From the UHGV virus genome UHGV-1816333: DNA of 16,071 bases; one strand, written 5' to 3'. How positions within the stretch are numbered: position 1 is the stretch's first letter; each line of letters begins with the position of its first letter. The notes under the pieces were generated by a model, which did not search any database, was not told the DNA's origin, and saw only the letters and a list, made by a program, of their open reading frames with translations. Origin of the DNA: a virus. The translations under genes and the position numbers were made by a program. This document shows, one piece after another, positions 10,982 to 16,071 of this stretch.

Positions 10982-12007
10982 TTACGCCAGTTGTACGGAC
11001 ACGAACTCATCAGGGTCAGCCAGCAGCATCAGCGGTGCTGACTGAATCATGGTGAACTCACGCGCCGGATCGCCGGTGGTCACCCAGTTTTTCGGGTAAC
11101 GGGCAGAGGCGTTAATGCCTTCGCGCTGTGCGTCCGCATCCTGAATGCAGCCATAGGTGCGCAGACCGCGTGCCTGAGTGTTCCCCAGCACCATCGTGTT
11201 GTCCGGCAGGAAGTTCTTTTTGACGCCGTTTTCCACGTACTGTCCGGAATACACGACGATGGCCACATCGCCATACATCCCCTTATAGGACACCGCTTTA
11301 CCTAGGTCTTTCACCGCTGTCTCCAGCTCGGAATTAGAGCCACGACGGGTATCCAGCTTCTCCTTGACGGCTTTGAAGGAACGGAACAGCGCCCAGCCTT
11401 TCGGATCAAACACGATGATATTCACCACACCGCTGGCGTTCAGCGCGTAGGCTTCGATATCGTCGGTCGGGTCATACGTGGACTTGTCACGCTTGCTCCA
11501 CTCCGTGCCGCCGGACTGCGTGATGTTATTCTCCTCACTGCGGCCCATATCCACCTCAACCGGATCGAAGGCTTCACCGGTCATGGTGTATTTGCCCTTA
11601 AGCACGGCAGAAACTGCCTGCATCTCTTCGACCTGAGCAATGGCCAGCTCTTCGTCACGCATGTTCTGCATGATGATGCGACGGCGGCGGTAAGCCGGGT
11701 CCGCCAGATTCTGCGGATCTTCATCCGGCAGGCGACGCAGGGTCATCTGCGGATTCACTTCATGCTTCGGCTTGACATATCCCGGCGTAAATTCAGAGGT
11801 GGAGCCGCCACGGGAACGGATAACCTCACCGGAAACAATCGGCGAAACGTACAGCGCCATGTTTACCAGTCCCGGAATTTGTGAGAGATAGACTTTCTCC
11901 GTGGTGAAGGGATAGCTCTCACGGAAAAAGAGACGCAGAAACAGCGGATCAAACTTAAATTTCTGCTCATTTGCCGCCAGCAGTTGGGCGGTTGTGTACA
12001 TCGACAT
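10982..12007 (-). CDS. E: Major capsid protein E
   Basis: Track ORF is 350 aa; lambda gpE (341 aa) starts at the internal MSMYTTAQLLAANEQKFKFDPLFLRLFFRESYPF, i.e. 12007. Confidence 0.95.
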   Translation of the reverse strand: MSMYTTAQLLAANEQKFKFDPLFLRLFFRESYPFTTEKVYLSQIPGLVNMALYVSPIVSGEVIRSRGGSTSEFTPGYVKPKHEVNPQMTLRRLPDEDPQNLADPAYRRRRIIMQNMRDEELAIAQVEEMQAVSAVLKGKYTMTGEAFDPVEVDMGRSEENNITQSGGTEWSKRDKSTYDPTDDIEAYALNASGVVNIIVFDPKGWALFRSFKAVKEKLDTRRGSNSELETAVKDLGKAVSYKGMYGDVAIVVYSGQYVENGVKKNFLPDNTMVLGNTQARGLRTYGCIQDADAQREGINASARYPKNWVTTGDPAREFTMIQSAPLMLLADPDEFVSVQLA

Positions 12008-12020
12008 AAAAAAATCCCAT

Positions 12021-12041
12021 AAAAAAAGCCGCACAGGCGGC
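12021..12041 (-). terminator. Intrinsic-terminator-like hairpin plus U7 tract in the D-E intergenic region
   Basis: Minus strand reads GCCGC-CUGU-GCGGC followed by UUUUUUU, then AUGGGAUUUUUUU and the E start codon. Coordinates approximate. Confidence 0.4.
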
Positions 12042-12062
12042 CTTTAGTGATGAAGGGTAAAG

Positions 12063-12395
12063 TTAAACGATGCTGATTGCCGTTCCGGCAAACGCGGTCC
12101 GTTTTTTCGTCTCGTCGCTGGCAGCCTCCGGCCAGAGCACATCCTCATAACGGAACGTGCCGGACTTGTAGAACGTCAGCGTGGTGCTGGTCTGGTCAGC
12201 AGCAACCGCAAGAATGCCAACGGCAGCACCGTCGGTGGTGCCATCCCACGCAACCAGCTTACGGCTGGAGGTGTCCAGCATGAGCGGGGTCATTGCAGGC
12301 GCTTTCGCACTCAATCCGCCGGGCGCGGTTGCGGTATGAGCCGGGTCACTGTTGCCCAGCGGCTGGTAATGGGTAAAGGTTTCTTTGCTCGTCAT
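12063..12395 (-). CDS. D: Capsid decoration protein D
   Basis: Track ORF is 112 aa ([29 protein letters not shown]...); lambda gpD is 110 aa starting [12 protein letters not shown], so the start is at 12395. Confidence 0.95.
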   Translation of the reverse strand: MTSKETFTHYQPLGNSDPAHTATAPGGLSAKAPAMTPLMLDTSSRKLVAWDGTTDGAAVGILAVAADQTSTTLTFYKSGTFRYEDVLWPEAASDETKKRTAFAGTAISIV

Positions 12396-12404
12396 AAACA
12401 TCCC

Positions 12405-13010
12405 TTACACTGGTGTGTTCAGCAAATCGTTAACGGCATCAGATGCCGGGTTACCTGCAGCCAGCGGTGCCGGTGCCCCCTGCATCAGACGATCCAGCGC
12501 AGTGTCACTGCGCGCCTGTGCACTCTGTGGTGCTGCGGCCAGAATGCGGCGGGCCGTTTCCACGGTCATACCGGGGGTTTCTGCCAGCACGCGTGCCTGT
12601 TCTTCGCGTCCGTGAGCCTCCTCACAGTTGAGGATCCCCATAATGCGGCTGTTTTCTGCCGCAACCGCTGCGGTGATCTGCGCGTTCACGTCCGGCTGCG
12701 CCGCGCTGGCGTTTTCGCCCTCCGTCGCTGGCACCACGTCAGTAACGTCAGCCTGCGAAGCAGTGGCTGAAACAGTTGTTGATTGAGTCTCTTTGGTCAT
12801 TCGCCCTCCTGAGAGACGGGATTTACGTGCATCCAGTGCATCACGCATGACGGTGATCGCATCGGTGCTGTTAACAAGTTCATCAGCCAGTCCGGCATCA
12901 ATGGCCTCCTGACCGCTGTACACTGCAGCCTCGGTATCCAGCACAGCCTGCACGGACAGGCCGGTATATGCCGACACCTTCTGCGCAAACATCTGGCGGG
13001 TTGCGTCCAT
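12405..13010 (-). CDS. Nu3: Scaffolding protein Nu3, in-frame internal start within C
   Basis: Internal ATG at codon 239 of C (MDATRQMFAQKVSAYTGLS...) gives 201 aa sharing the C-terminus of C; position matches the lambda Nu3 start exactly when the lambda map is laid over the window. Confidence 0.8.
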   Translation of the reverse strand: MDATRQMFAQKVSAYTGLSVQAVLDTEAAVYSGQEAIDAGLADELVNSTDAITVMRDALDARKSRLSGGRMTKETQSTTVSATASQADVTDVVPATEGENASAAQPDVNAQITAAVAAENSRIMGILNCEEAHGREEQARVLAETPGMTVETARRILAAAPQSAQARSDTALDRLMQGAPAPLAAGNPASDAVNDLLNTPV

Positions 13011-13704
13011 CCGGGACTGCAGTGTCTCCCGGACGTCATCCGGAAGATGGCTGTAGGGGTTGCCATCCACCTTATGGCTGCCGCTGTAAATCAGCGTGAT
13101 TTCCACACCCTGTTTCTCCAGCGCAGCACCATAATTACTGTGAGCCATCATGACGCCGATGGAGCCTGTCCGGGCGGTCTGCGTGACCAGACGCCGGGAG
13201 GCGGCACTGGCAAGCAACTGACCTGCACTGCAGTTCATGTCGTTGGCAAGCGCCCATACCGGTTTTATGTCACGCACACGGGCGATGATGTCAGCGCAGT
13301 CAAATGCCCCCGCCACCATCCCGCCGGGCGTGTCCATATCGAGCAGAATGCCGTCCACCATCGGATCGCTGGCAGCCTGTTGCAGACGGGCGATAATGCC
13401 GTTGTAACCGGTCATCCCCGAGTACGGCTGCAGCGCCCGCGTCCGGCTGACCAGCGTGCCGGACACCGGCAGCACGGCGATGCCGTTCATGACCTGATAA
13501 CTGCGGGCCTGTCGTGGTCCGTCATCATCACCGGATAATGCCAGCGTCGCGAGTGCCTCCTGGGCAGTCAGGCTGTCGCCGGACACCGCATCCGTCAGGC
13601 GGCTGATCCCAAGCTGGCCTGCAAGCGCACAAAAGAAAACCCGCGCATAGGCGGGTTCAAGCATCAGCGGATCATTAAAGGCCATACTGGCAATATGCGG
13701 GAGA

Positions 13705-13724
<20 letters not shown>
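12405..13724 (-). CDS. C: Head maturation protease C (S49/ClpP-like fold), GTG start inside the 3' end of B
   Basis: The 477-aa track ORF includes 38 upstream codons read through the end of B. Starting at the GTG (VTAELRNLPHIASMAF...) gives 439 aa, the length of lambda gpC, and the 20-nt B/C overlap seen in lambda. Confidence 0.9.

Positions 13725-16071
<2,347 letters not shown>

Overview
The whole window is one co-directional, minus-strand block of the phage lambda-type late morphogenetic operon: terminase large subunit A (3' part only), W, B (portal), C protease with nested Nu3, D, E (major capsid), FI, FII, Z, U, V (tail tube), G and the G-T frameshift product, H (tape measure), M, L, K, I, and the first ~857 codons of J. 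Gene order, gene lengths, the 103-bp K/I overlap, the in-frame nested Nu3 start, the GTG start of C inside the end of B, and the GGGAAAG slippery site at the end of G all match the lambda map as I remember it, with no length differences. Gene content is therefore most likely lambda or a near-identical lambdoid prophage, not a new system. The one feature this does not explain is a perfect 59-bp inverted repeat at the two ends of the window (1..59 and 16013..16071). Both copies lie inside coding sequence: the repeat is terminase-A sequence, and its inverted copy is fused into J, creating a stop one codon past the junction. I read this as a foldback or inversion junction, either an assembly/library chimera or a real rearrangement, and not as a transposon end or a genome terminus. 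The segment is not a complete or viable phage: cos, Nu1, the 5' part of A, the receptor-binding end of J, and all lysis, replication and regulatory genes are absent. No tRNA, rRNA, CRISPR array or IS element was seen. Plus-strand ORFs in the track are antisense artefacts. Gene coordinates come from the ORF track and are exact; hairpin positions were counted by hand and may be off by 1-2 nt.
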